From Trichodesmium erythraeum IMS101 (GTDB taxonomy: Bacteria > Cyanobacteriota > Cyanobacteriia > Cyanobacteriales > Microcoleaceae), in assembly GCF_000014265.1 (NCBI RefSeq), contig NC_008312.1, positions 2,310,001 to 2,342,000 on the forward strand: DNA of 32,000 bases. The letters are read 5' to 3'. The notes under the pieces were generated by a model. The model was not told the DNA's origin. It worked only from the letters and a program-made list of their open reading frames with translations, and made no database searches. The first letter of the stretch is position 1, and each line of letters starts with the position of its first letter. Positions 10,703 through 19,566 of this stretch are shown here, piece by piece. The position numbers and the translations under genes are program-made.

Positions 10703-11411
10703 TTATGAACATTTTTTGGGGTGAATTGATGCTTGCGAATGGTAAAATTTAGCTTTTATGGCACTCTCTAAAAGTTTGAGGCCAGGGATCAAATCCTAGA
10801 ACCTTAGAGACATAGAACTACAAAAAACTATTAGGACATTGATAAAATTGAAATCCTTTATAATCCAATATGGTTTACTTAAGGATTTTTTTTGAAGTTC
10901 TGTAATCTGAAAAACTCATTTCATAGCTCCATGCCATAATAGTTCTGGTATCAGCTAAATCCTATTGCTTTATAGCTAATAGTTTTGACTTGAGCTAATT
11001 TATAAGCTGTTTGTGGAGCATTCAGTGACAGAAATACTTAAAGCCATAATAGTTCTGACTCAAGTTAATAACTATGCTATTGGTATAGCATTGACAAATA
11101 AGATTTTTGATAATTTTTTGTTTTTTTTAGTAAAATAATCCGTTCGACTAAACTTACCCAAACTTACATGGCTTGTAAATTGTATAAGCTTTGGAGCTAC
11201 CTTCGGTGTTTCACTCTGATACCACTAGACCTCAGTTTGTCACTTATCTTCGCTTTTCAGGCAACAGAATCCCAAGGAAGCTCAAGCTGCTTATTCAAAT
11301 AGTTTTTGCTTATTACTCACACTGCTACAATATTGCTATGTATGTGTAATTTTAAATAAGTAAAGTAAGTTTTTATGTAACTGTTAAGTCCCCCCTTTAA
11401 ATCCACAATGA

Positions 11412-11430
11412 GAATAAGCTTTGCTTATTC
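11412..11430 (-). other. Perfect 8-bp stem / 3-nt loop hairpin just downstream of the acidic-repeat gene
   Basis: GAATAAGC-TTT-GCTTATTC, 22 nt after the stop at 11453. No U-run follows on the minus strand, so it may be a processing or stability element rather than a terminator. Confidence 0.3.
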
Positions 11431-11452
11431 CTTCCTGCCTAATTCCTAAGAC

Positions 11453-12700
11453 TTAACCCAATAACCCTTCAAGATCATCATCATTAGAAGACTTTTTATC
11501 TCCTACTAAAGAATCTAGAGCCACCTCATCTAAACTTGATTCTTCTCCATCCAGCTCAAAATCTAAGTCTAAGTCTGTTAGGTCATTAGAAGAAAAATCA
11601 TCAAATTCATTATCATTTCCTAATTCACTAAGGTCTATATCAGCAATTTCATCTGAAGAATTTTTACCAAATAGATCCAGATCATCACTATCAAGCTCAT
11701 CTAATCCTGACTCATCAAGTGATTCAGGAATATCTTCTACCATAAAATTCGAGCTATCTTTGCCCTGAGTGAGATCATTAGAACTATTCTCATCGAAATC
11801 TTCAAGGTCAATGCCAGTTAAATCATCATCTGTTTCTGAGTCAGAGTCTAGTTCCAGAGCAAAATCATCATCTGTTTCTGAGTCAGAGTCTAGTTCCAGA
11901 GCAAAATCATCATCTGGTTCTGAGTCAGAGTCTAGTTCCAGAGCAAAATCATCATCTGGTTCTGAGTCAGAGTCTAGTTCCAGAGCAAAATCATCATCTG
12001 GTTCTGAGTCAGAGTCTAGTTCCAGAGCAAAATCATCATCTGGTTCTGAGTCAGGATCTAGTCCCGTATCCAACTTATCTGTTGGTAACTCCATTTCTAT
12101 GTCTAAACTATTATCTGCTTCTGAGTCAGAATCTAATTCTATAAATGAACTATTATCATTTTCGAGTTCAAAGTCTGAGTCACCTTGGTCGTTATCAGCT
12201 AAGTCATCGAAATCTTGATTCAATCCTGCAGCCAATGCTACTCCTCCAGCTACAGCAGCTGCACCAGTAATTGCAGCAGCAGCAGCAGTACCTAAATCAT
12301 TAGAATCCTCAATTGTATCTGGCATAAGTGGTGAATTTCCCCCTGGTGGCTCCTGATCGTCTTCACCTATTTGATTGATGTTCATAGGTGTTGATTTATC
12401 TAGGGAAGAACCTGGTTTTTCGCCTATAGCAATATCAGGGTCAAAATTTAAGCCTAAAACCTCTACTAGACTATCTGCATCGGCCTTAAGTTTAGAGAAA
12501 GGGAACATTAATGCTTCTAATTCTGGTTCCAGGGCATTGAGAATTCCCAGGATAAGGTATGACACGGGTCTCCTCCCTCCATCAGGAGTCTGAACTGTAT
12601 TTTGTTCTGTCATGTGGAGTATTAACCAAGGGCGATTTTTTTTGTAATACTCTAACCATTTTTGCTTTAGGGACGTTGATAATTCTTTAAAGAAAACCAT
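11453..12700 (-). CDS. Hypothetical protein with a conserved N-terminal domain (DUF5331-like by recollection), an Ala/Gly-rich hydrophobic segment and a hyper-acidic D/E/S tail with 14-aa tandem repeats
   Basis: 415-aa ORF that starts 38 nt after the chlL stop, with AAGGAA upstream. The N-terminus is MVFFKELSTSLKQKWLEYYKKNRPWLILHM...; the middle has GTAAAAAITGAAAVAGGVALAAGL. The C-terminal ~250 aa are almost all D/E/S/L, including (LELDSDSE[PT]DDDFA) repeated about 5-6 times. Confidence 0.85.
   Translation of the reverse strand: MVFFKELSTSLKQKWLEYYKKNRPWLILHMTEQNTVQTPDGGRRPVSYLILGILNALEPELEALMFPFSKLKADADSLVEVLGLNFDPDIAIGEKPGSSLDKSTPMNINQIGEDDQEPPGGNSPLMPDTIEDSNDLGTAAAAAITGAAAVAGGVALAAGLNQDFDDLADNDQGDSDFELENDNSSFIELDSDSEADNSLDIEMELPTDKLDTGLDPDSEPDDDFALELDSDSEPDDDFALELDSDSEPDDDFALELDSDSEPDDDFALELDSDSETDDDFALELDSDSETDDDLTGIDLEDFDENSSNDLTQGKDSSNFMVEDIPESLDESGLDELDSDDLDLFGKNSSDEIADIDLSELGNDNEFDDFSSNDLTDLDLDFELDGEESSLDEVALDSLVGDKKSSNDDDLEGLLG
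11820..12066. repeat. In-frame 42-bp tandem repeat, about 5.9 copies, near-perfect
   Basis: The unit AATCATCATCTG[T/G]TTCTGAGTCAGAGTCTAGTTCCAGAGCAA starts at 11821, 11863, 11905, 11947 and 11989, with a diverging partial copy from 12031. The only polymorphism between full copies is T/G, which gives Thr/Pro in the protein. Confidence 0.95.
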
Positions 12701-12738
12701 GATTTTTATATTCCTTATCCTGAGAAGAGCTAAATCTA

Positions 12739-13605
12739 TTAAACCATCATCAGGTCAAGCTCTTCATCCTCTGACATAACATGAGATTTACTGGGATTTA
12801 AGTAGAAATCAGATAGCAGGGCGAACAAATCACGATCAGGAGATTCGCTAGGTACTACTCCTTCTGGCAGAGCCAAAATTTGGTCCGCGATATTCAGGTA
12901 ATAATTACAAACGTATTGTAGAGAAGGATCGGTTTCGGCCATCTCAAACAATGTTTTGCCTTTGACACGAGAAACTCGAATATCTTCAATGAGTGGTAGA
13001 ACTTCTAGCACTGGCATTGGTACAGCTTCTACATATTTATTAATTAAATCCCGTTTAGATGTACGATTACCTATTAGGCCAGCTAAACGTAGGGTATGGG
13101 TACGAGCTTTTTCTCGCACAGAGGCAGCGATGCGGTTAGCTGCAAATAGGGCATCAAAGCCATTGTCTGTGACAATCATGCAGTAATCTGAATAGTTGAG
13201 TGGAGCAGCAAAACCACCACAAACTACGTCACCCAATACGTCAAATAGGATTACATCGTATTCATCAAAGGCGTTTAATTCTTTTAGTAGCTTTACTGTT
13301 TCGCCAACAACATAACCACCACAACCTGCTCCAGCAGGAGGTCCACCTGCTTCTACACAATCTACACCACCATAGCCTTTATAGATGACATCTTCTGGCC
13401 AAATATCTTCATAATGGTAGTCCTTTTCTTGTAATGTGTCAATAATTGTGGGAATAAGAAATCCTGTGAGGGTAAATGTACTGTCGTGTTTTGGGTCACA
13501 ACCGATTTGTAGAACTTTTTTACCACGCTTTGCTAAGGCAACTGAGATATTGCAGCTTGTTGTAGATTTACCGATTCCACCTTTTCCGTATACTGAAAGT
13601 TTCAC
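12739..13605 (-). CDS. chlL: Light-independent protochlorophyllide reductase iron-sulfur ATP-binding protein
   Basis: 288 aa, (GTG)[47 protein letters not shown]...CGGFAAPL... This is a NifH-like P-loop with the cluster cysteines typical of ChlL. AGGAG lies 8 nt upstream of the GTG start. Confidence 0.97.
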   Translation of the reverse strand: MKLSVYGKGGIGKSTTSCNISVALAKRGKKVLQIGCDPKHDSTFTLTGFLIPTIIDTLQEKDYHYEDIWPEDVIYKGYGGVDCVEAGGPPAGAGCGGYVVGETVKLLKELNAFDEYDVILFDVLGDVVCGGFAAPLNYSDYCMIVTDNGFDALFAANRIAASVREKARTHTLRLAGLIGNRTSKRDLINKYVEAVPMPVLEVLPLIEDIRVSRVKGKTLFEMAETDPSLQYVCNYYLNIADQILALPEGVVPSESPDRDLFALLSDFYLNPSKSHVMSEDEELDLMMV

Positions 13606-14508
13606 TTTTTTTCTCCTAGTAATTCTCTAATAGGGCTACAAGAATTTTTAATACTAAGCTCAAATTTAGTCCATACTCAGAACTGAGAAGCAATCTCTAA
13701 CGAAGTTTTAGCATTTGTAAATGTCCATGCCCTATTTGTCTAGTACTATAAGTATATTTTTTGGGCTTGTGTATCAAATTATTGTCTAACTTCAGTGGAA
13801 AAGAAAGGGGAGAAATTTTGATAAACTGTTGTAAAAGTAATTATTGAGTTTTAATTCTCTTAAAAATTGATTTTTTTACATTATTAGTAGTAATTAGTCT
13901 AAATTTTAGATTGATTAACATTTTTGTTAAATTATTTTATGATAAATAGTTACAAAGTTAAATAAATGTTTATAACAACATATATCTAGAAAAAAATTTA
14001 GCCTTAAATCTAAGTTATCAGAGCTTTTGAGACTATAATTGATATCAAGTTTAATTTGATTATTGAATTATTAAGCTTCTAGTAAATTCGATTCTTAAGG
14101 ATAATAATTGATTGAGGTTAATTTTTATAACAAAAAATTTGATCGGATAAATTAGGGCTATTGCTGATGGGCTTGATATTCTCCCCCGCTATGAGACAGA
14201 GTTAAACAACAGAACCTTAGCTCTGATAAAGTTTCAAGTATGGGAATGCCTGAGGGCGACCTACCAAAAATTCTTATGGGTTTTTATTTGTGCTTTGGTT
14301 GAAATAAGCTCCTCCAAAACCTGAAGGCTTCACAAGTTCTGCTTGAGGGCGCGCGGAGAGTTTCGAGGCACTTCTTCTTTCCCACAGTATTTATAAGACA
14401 AGGCGGGTAAAGAACCAATCTTATTTAAACATGGATTGTTGCCCGATGGATGGAGGAGGCTTTAAGTCCAGTTTTACCTCAGAGTCCTATTGTGCAAGAC
14501 TACTTTTT

Positions 14509-14536
14509 AACTTCTGAATTCTGAGTTCTGAGTTTC
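14509..14536. repeat. Heptanucleotide tandem repeat (STRR-like), 4 units
   Basis: AACTTCT GAATTCT GAGTTCT GAGTTTC, immediately 3' of the TpsB gene stop (14538). Similar heptamer runs occur at 29807-29834 and 2289-2309. Confidence 0.6.
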
Positions 14537-14537
14537 T

Positions 14538-16616
14538 TCAGAACGGCCGAACAATTACACTGAAATAAAATCCGGAATCCTGAGCATTATTGCTACGATC
14601 ATCTAAGTGCACCAAAGGTAAACCATAGTCTAAGCGTAGATCGACTTGTGGCACAAGTTGCCAAATCAAACCTATTCCAGCTCCAGCCAAAAATCTTTGG
14701 TTGGGTTTTGAGTCACTATTAGGATTACTACTATCATCCCAAACAGCTCCAATATCTAGAAAAGGAGTAAACTGTATCAATGGCAAACCAGACTCATCTC
14801 GATAAACTGTAATTCTGTCCTCAATAGAAAATCTAAAACCATTATCTCCAGACCTGACATTCTGCTGATAGCCTCGTAAGGACAAAGCACCACCAATAAT
14901 AAATTGTTGATATGGCAATAAACTAGTTGAGGACAATTGCAAATCTCCCTGGACAATCAATAAATGATTACTACTTAATCTTTGTACTCTTTGTACTTGG
15001 CCTAGCCAATTCAAGAAATGTCCATCAGGTTGTGAATCCTTCCTGACAGTAGCATCAAATAAACCAGTACCAATATTGAATTGCGATCGCAAAGCCCAAG
15101 CACCTTGAGGATCTCGGAGAATATAATCCTGTCCCAATCTAATCACAGTAGTACTATTAATACCATCATTATCAGTGTTATCTGTATCTGCTGTAAAATT
15201 AAAAGGTTCATCGTTGAGGAAAGTTTTTGTGCGCTGATAACTCAAACCGAGAGACAAGGCAAATTCTTGTTTCGGTTTTCTCAATATAGGTTGACGGTAA
15301 CTCAATTCATATACATCTGTTGTGCTACTAATTTCAATATCTTCAAAATCTTGGCCAACTCTATTACTGTTAGGGGCAACTCTTGCCTGCAAAGTACCAT
15401 TCATGGAGTTAATAGGCAAATTATAAATAAAGTCAAAAACATCTGATTCATCGTCAAATAGCCTAGTAGTGTTATAAGATGCCACAAAAAAATCGCCTCT
15501 CCCAGTTAGGTTACGATGTAGTGCAGTCCAACCAGTTCGTTCAGAACCTACGCTGGGATTAGAATAGTTATCAGTATTCATACTCAACTCTAAGGGATTT
15601 TTTTCTTTGATACGAACAATAAGAATACTTTCCCCTAGGGTTTCACTAGTTTGCAAACTAGCTTCAATATTTTCAAATAAAGGATTCGCCCGAAGTAACC
15701 GTAATTGATTTTCTAGTCTACCGGTGTCCAATGGTTTTCCCGCCCCAAGTTGTATCCGACTTGCTATATAGGAATTGTGTAATCTTTTTGTACCTTCAAT
15801 TTTGATTTCTCCTAAAATGCCCTCTATAATTTCAATCCTAACTACTCCCTCCCTAATGTTTTGGGGAGGTAGAATTGCTCTTGAGGTAATATAGCCAAGT
15901 TCTAGATAGATTTCGGTAATTTTATCTGCTAGTTGCTGAAGTTCTAATAGAGTAGCCTTACGCCCTTCATATGGTTCAACAAGAGTCTTAATTTCTTGTG
16001 GGGTAAAAATTGTACTTCCATTTACTAAAACTCTCTGCACGGGAATTTTCTGATTTAGTTGCTTTTGGTCTTGTCGTAGAGGTTGAGGTGGTGGTGTTTT
16101 TTTTAGTTCCTTATCTTTGGGAATTTCTGGTATGGTTGGTTGGGGAAGGGGTTGGAGGAAGCGATCGCGATTTGGATCTGGTCGGGGATTTTCTAGTGAT
16201 TCTGGTGGTCTTGGTGGATTTTGAGTCTTTTGAGTATATTTTGGTTGGCTGGTATTTAAAGTATTAATAATTTCAAAGGAAGTAAGTATTTGCTGACTAT
16301 TGGGTAAAGTTTGTGTGATGTTTTTTTCTATAGGATAAACTTTTAAATCTGGGATTAATTTTATTTTTTCTATTTTTTTTAATTGAGATATTAAACTTTT
16401 GTAATTAACTTTTTTCTGTCCAGATTTGTCAATCAATTGAGAACTTAATGCTGATGTTAATTTATATTTTTTGAATGATGAAATATTTTTTTTGTTAGTG
16501 GTTAGTGAAGTTTGATTCAATAATTTATCAACATCAGTAGTTTTGGAGATAGCTTGATTATCCAATAAGGAAATAATTATAAATGTACTAGAAATTAATG
16601 TGATAATCTTTAACAT
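14538..16616 (-). CDS. ShlB/FhaC/HecB-family two-partner-secretion outer-membrane transporter (TpsB) with a long Pro-rich N-terminal extension
   Basis: 692 aa. It has a signal-peptide-like N-terminus (MLKIITLISSTFIIISLL) and a Pro-rich linker (NPPRPPESLENPRPDPNRDRFLQPLPQPTIPEIP...PPPQPL). The POTRA_2-type segment is VLVNGSTIFTPQEIKTLVEPYEGRKATLLELQQLADKITEIYLELGYITSRAILPPQNIREGVVRIEIIEGILGEIKIEG. A beta-barrel region ends in ...GFYFSVIVRPF, where the terminal Phe is the OMP beta-signal. Confidence 0.85.
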   Translation of the reverse strand: MLKIITLISSTFIIISLLDNQAISKTTDVDKLLNQTSLTTNKKNISSFKKYKLTSALSSQLIDKSGQKKVNYKSLISQLKKIEKIKLIPDLKVYPIEKNITQTLPNSQQILTSFEIINTLNTSQPKYTQKTQNPPRPPESLENPRPDPNRDRFLQPLPQPTIPEIPKDKELKKTPPPQPLRQDQKQLNQKIPVQRVLVNGSTIFTPQEIKTLVEPYEGRKATLLELQQLADKITEIYLELGYITSRAILPPQNIREGVVRIEIIEGILGEIKIEGTKRLHNSYIASRIQLGAGKPLDTGRLENQLRLLRANPLFENIEASLQTSETLGESILIVRIKEKNPLELSMNTDNYSNPSVGSERTGWTALHRNLTGRGDFFVASYNTTRLFDDESDVFDFIYNLPINSMNGTLQARVAPNSNRVGQDFEDIEISSTTDVYELSYRQPILRKPKQEFALSLGLSYQRTKTFLNDEPFNFTADTDNTDNDGINSTTVIRLGQDYILRDPQGAWALRSQFNIGTGLFDATVRKDSQPDGHFLNWLGQVQRVQRLSSNHLLIVQGDLQLSSTSLLPYQQFIIGGALSLRGYQQNVRSGDNGFRFSIEDRITVYRDESGLPLIQFTPFLDIGAVWDDSSNPNSDSKPNQRFLAGAGIGLIWQLVPQVDLRLDYGLPLVHLDDRSNNAQDSGFYFSVIVRPF

Positions 16617-17020
16617 GATAATAGTTACTATCTTGGTTTTTTTGATTTGACTTACAAAAAAATAAAATACTTGATCCCTCTTAAGTTTATGGGATAATAT
16701 TAAGTATACTAAAGAGTACAGTTTTATTTATGAAAAATCAGGTTTGATGAGATAGAAATGTCAGGGACAGTAGAGCATTTAATACTATCCCCATAATCAT
16801 ATATTTTATTTATACCGATACTACCGAATTTAATATGTAGCAGTTCTCATTCTGGCCTTAGTATGACAGACAACATAACCGTGCTATGCTAATTTTAGTA
16901 TTAACCAATTGTACTCCCGTTGGGGAAATTATTACTGACAGCTAAGAAAGAATTATTTTTCCCTTGCAAATCACTTAAGACCCAAAAAGTTTTTCTAAAA
17001 ATATTGCTTCTGAATTTAAT

Positions 17021-18724
17021 ATGAACTTTGAATCATCTGAGAGTTCCCAAAAACAAAATTATTGGCCACGGACAATTAGACCAGTTGGAGTCACCTCACT
17101 ACATAGTATTGCCTTTTCTAGAGAGACTCTCTATGCTATTGACAAAAACCGTGGTTTTCTGTTAGAAATTAATCCAAAAACAGATAACACAATTATTATT
17201 AATCCTTATCAAACTAATGAGTTTATTGATGTTACTGGTATTTCTATCTGGAAAGATACTCTCTGGTTGACATGGGAAAATAAAATCTATTTCTGTCTCA
17301 ATGCTGTTGGTAATTCATCAGAAAAACGTTTAAAATGGCAACATTTTTTCACTTTACCTTATACTGCTAATGGAATTGCTGTCCGGGAATCAACTGTTTA
17401 TGTGACTTGTCAAAAATTAGGTAAGATTCTAGTTTTTGACAAAAATACTAAACAAGAAATTACGAGATTTTATTCTCCAGGAATAGGGTTTGAAAATATT
17501 ACAGTACAAGATGAGGAATTATGGGTTTGCGATCGCGAAGAGCAAACTGTTTATTGTCTAGATAGAGGAACAGGTAAAGTTAAATTTAGCGTGCTGACTC
17601 CTTTTGAATTTCCAACTGGATTGGCATTTTATAATAATTTAAATACGGGAGAGCGACAACTTTATATAGCTTATTCTGGAGATGAACTTTACGTTAGAGA
17701 TAACCCGAATTCGGAAAAACAGTATGAATTAAGTCGACGGGAACGTACTTTTATACACCCCCTTTATTTTTATTACAATGAGCCGGAAAAATATGCTGTT
17801 TCTAATGGTTTTTTAATTGAGATATCTTATGTAGAGGAACTAGAACCATTAGATGAAGTATTTTTAGAAGATTTAGAATGGCGTATTGCTTTACCTGCAG
17901 AAACTAATCGTCAAAAAGTTAGGGAAATTTCTCCTATAGGAATGCCTTTTACTGAAGAAGTCAAAGATGGTCAAAAAATTGCTGTTTTTAGATTTAAACC
18001 ACTGCGTCAAACTGAAAGGCGAATATTTGGCTGGAAGGCTTTATTAGAAGTTAGGGCAATTAAGTACCAAATTCAACCTTTTAATGTAGAAAATATTCCG
18101 GAGCTTCCATCAGGTTTTAAAGAAAAATATTTGGTGGATAATGATAATTTGTCAATGGATAAAGAGATAATTATTAAAGCCGCGAAAGATGCTGTTTCTA
18201 CAGAAACTAATATATTACGTCAACTTCTAAGTATTAGAAATTATGTTTATGATCATCTTTCTTATGGATTAACAGTTAAGATTGATACTCCTGATATTGT
18301 GCTGAAAAGAGGTATTGGTTCCTGTGGAGAATATGTGGGATTACTGTTAGCTTTAGCACGATTAAATGGTATTGCTTGTCGTACAGTAGGTCACTATAAA
18401 TGCCCGGCTTTTGCTGATAGAAAAGGTGTGCCTTTAGAACCTGATTTTAATCATGTATGGTTAGAGTTTTATATACCTGGTTTTGGTTGGATTCCTATGG
18501 AGTCAAATCCAGATGATTTATACGAAGGTGGTCCTTATCCCTTGAGGTTTTTTATGGGTTTGGCTTGGTATCATGTGGAAATTGGTAAGGGAATTAGATT
18601 TGAAGAGATCAAAAATAAAGGGGTTTCTATTAATAAGGAAAATAATAAGGAAAAAATTTCAATTGGTAATTTGGCAATCAATCATATCAGGTTTACAATT
18701 TTAGAAGAATTGTTAGAATTGTAA
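17021..18724 (+). CDS. Transglutaminase-like (Cys-protease-fold) domain protein with an N-terminal beta-propeller-like region
   Basis: 567 aa. The C-terminal core is GIGSCGEYVGLLLALARLNGIACRTVGHY...DFNHVWLEFYIPGFGWIPMESNPDD, the Cys...His... pattern of the transglutaminase-like superfamily. The N-terminal ~230 aa have a repetitive strand pattern reminiscent of glutamine-cyclotransferase-type propellers. There is no signal peptide. Confidence 0.8.
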   Translation: MNFESSESSQKQNYWPRTIRPVGVTSLHSIAFSRETLYAIDKNRGFLLEINPKTDNTIIINPYQTNEFIDVTGISIWKDTLWLTWENKIYFCLNAVGNSSEKRLKWQHFFTLPYTANGIAVRESTVYVTCQKLGKILVFDKNTKQEITRFYSPGIGFENITVQDEELWVCDREEQTVYCLDRGTGKVKFSVLTPFEFPTGLAFYNNLNTGERQLYIAYSGDELYVRDNPNSEKQYELSRRERTFIHPLYFYYNEPEKYAVSNGFLIEISYVEELEPLDEVFLEDLEWRIALPAETNRQKVREISPIGMPFTEEVKDGQKIAVFRFKPLRQTERRIFGWKALLEVRAIKYQIQPFNVENIPELPSGFKEKYLVDNDNLSMDKEIIIKAAKDAVSTETNILRQLLSIRNYVYDHLSYGLTVKIDTPDIVLKRGIGSCGEYVGLLLALARLNGIACRTVGHYKCPAFADRKGVPLEPDFNHVWLEFYIPGFGWIPMESNPDDLYEGGPYPLRFFMGLAWYHVEIGKGIRFEEIKNKGVSINKENNKEKISIGNLAINHIRFTILEELLEL

Positions 18725-18737
18725 GTATAAAAGTTAG

Positions 18738-18833
18738 AAGTAATAGAGAATAATGAACAATGAAAATAATAATTATTGATCTAAATATTTTTGAGATTTA
18801 ATGAGATAATTTTTTTTCTATTCTCTATTACTT
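18738..18833. repeat. 15-bp perfect inverted repeat with a 66-nt spacer
   Basis: AAGTAATAGAGAATA (18738-18752) and TATTCTCTATTACTT (18819-18833). It lies between the transglutaminase stop (18724) and the small ORF at 18888. Confidence 0.8.
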
Positions 18834-18887
18834 ACTTCCTATTTGGTAAAATTTAGGAAGACAAAATCTAGGGTATAAGGAGGAGTT

Positions 18888-19025
18888 GTGGAATTAACAC
18901 TAATAAATATTATGGCCATTGCTGCATCGGGATTAATGTTAATTGTGACGGGAGGAATTATATACTTAACGGCGTCTGAGTGGCGCGATCGCAGACGTCA
19001 AAAGAGAGATAAAAGCGGCCCTTAA
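18888..19025 (+). CDS. Small (45 aa) single-pass membrane protein, below the ORF-track threshold
   Basis: GTG start 5 nt after a strong AAGGAGGAG Shine-Dalgarno. The peptide is (M)ELTLINIMAIAASGLMLIVTGGIIYLTASEWRDRRRQKRDKSGP: one hydrophobic helix followed by a basic tail (positive-inside). An HIP1 site lies in the coding part. Confidence 0.55.
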   Translation: MELTLINIMAIAASGLMLIVTGGIIYLTASEWRDRRRQKRDKSGP

Positions 19026-19566
19026 AGTGGTGTTTGAAGAGAAATTTTCCTCTATTATTATTTAAATCTTTCCTTTTTTACTTGATGAGGCGGTGCAGTT
19101 GGTGGGTATTCATCTGGGTAGGTTGAGGAGGGTTGATGGATATGGGAAGGAGGTTTTGATTTTGACTTTTTTGAGAGTTGTATCACCGGAGGTTGGGGAA
19201 ATATTGGTAAGGCCAACTGCTGTTGTGACTAAAGAAAACCTGAGGATGACAAATTCTGATAATGTTGTTTTATCTGAAAGCCAAGATCTTGAAACAATAC
19301 CTGGGCAATACCTCTATCTATGGTCTATAGCATTTCTCTAGATATTGTTACTATTGGCTAGTGTTGATTACATATTGCGCATTGTTTAGCATTAGCGAGC
19401 TGTTTACCTTGAGAAGATAAATTTGAGAATGTCTCAAAAGGTGGTTGCTGTCTGGCTTCCTTAGCCTACAGAAAATAAGACTGTTACAAATGTTGTTGAT
19501 GCTACTCTATCTCAAACTCAGGGTGCTGAAAGTGACTTGAGTTTTGATGTTAGGCACTATGACTAG

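Noticed and set aside
10770-10815. tRNA-like T-arm string (CCAGGGATCAAATCCTAGAACC) upstream of chlN.
   Set aside because: The stem does not pair (CAGGG vs CCTAG), and T54 would be A. No acceptor, D or anticodon arms can be folded from the flanks, so it is not a tRNA and at best an unrecognisable fragment.
11769-12218. 149-aa plus-strand ORF rich in SSSRAKSSS repeats, considered as a Ser-rich repeat protein or a CRISPR-like periodic array.
   Set aside because: It is the antisense reading of the 42-bp tandem repeat inside the acidic-protein gene. The repeat units are contiguous with no spacers, so it is not a CRISPR array, and the minus-strand frame is the one linked to chlL with an RBS.
13606-14537. 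Possible cobalamin or other riboswitch in the long chlL leader (minus strand).
   Set aside because: The minus-strand sequence lacks the B12 box and the GGUG..AA.UCC core. I could not match any other riboswitch consensus that I can recall.
19093-19341. 82-aa ORF (MQLVGIHLGRLRRVDGYGKE...).
   Set aside because: It has no RBS and no recognisable domain, and it lies in a stretch of decayed sequence. Its opposite strand is equally open and Pro-rich, so there is no support for a functional gene.
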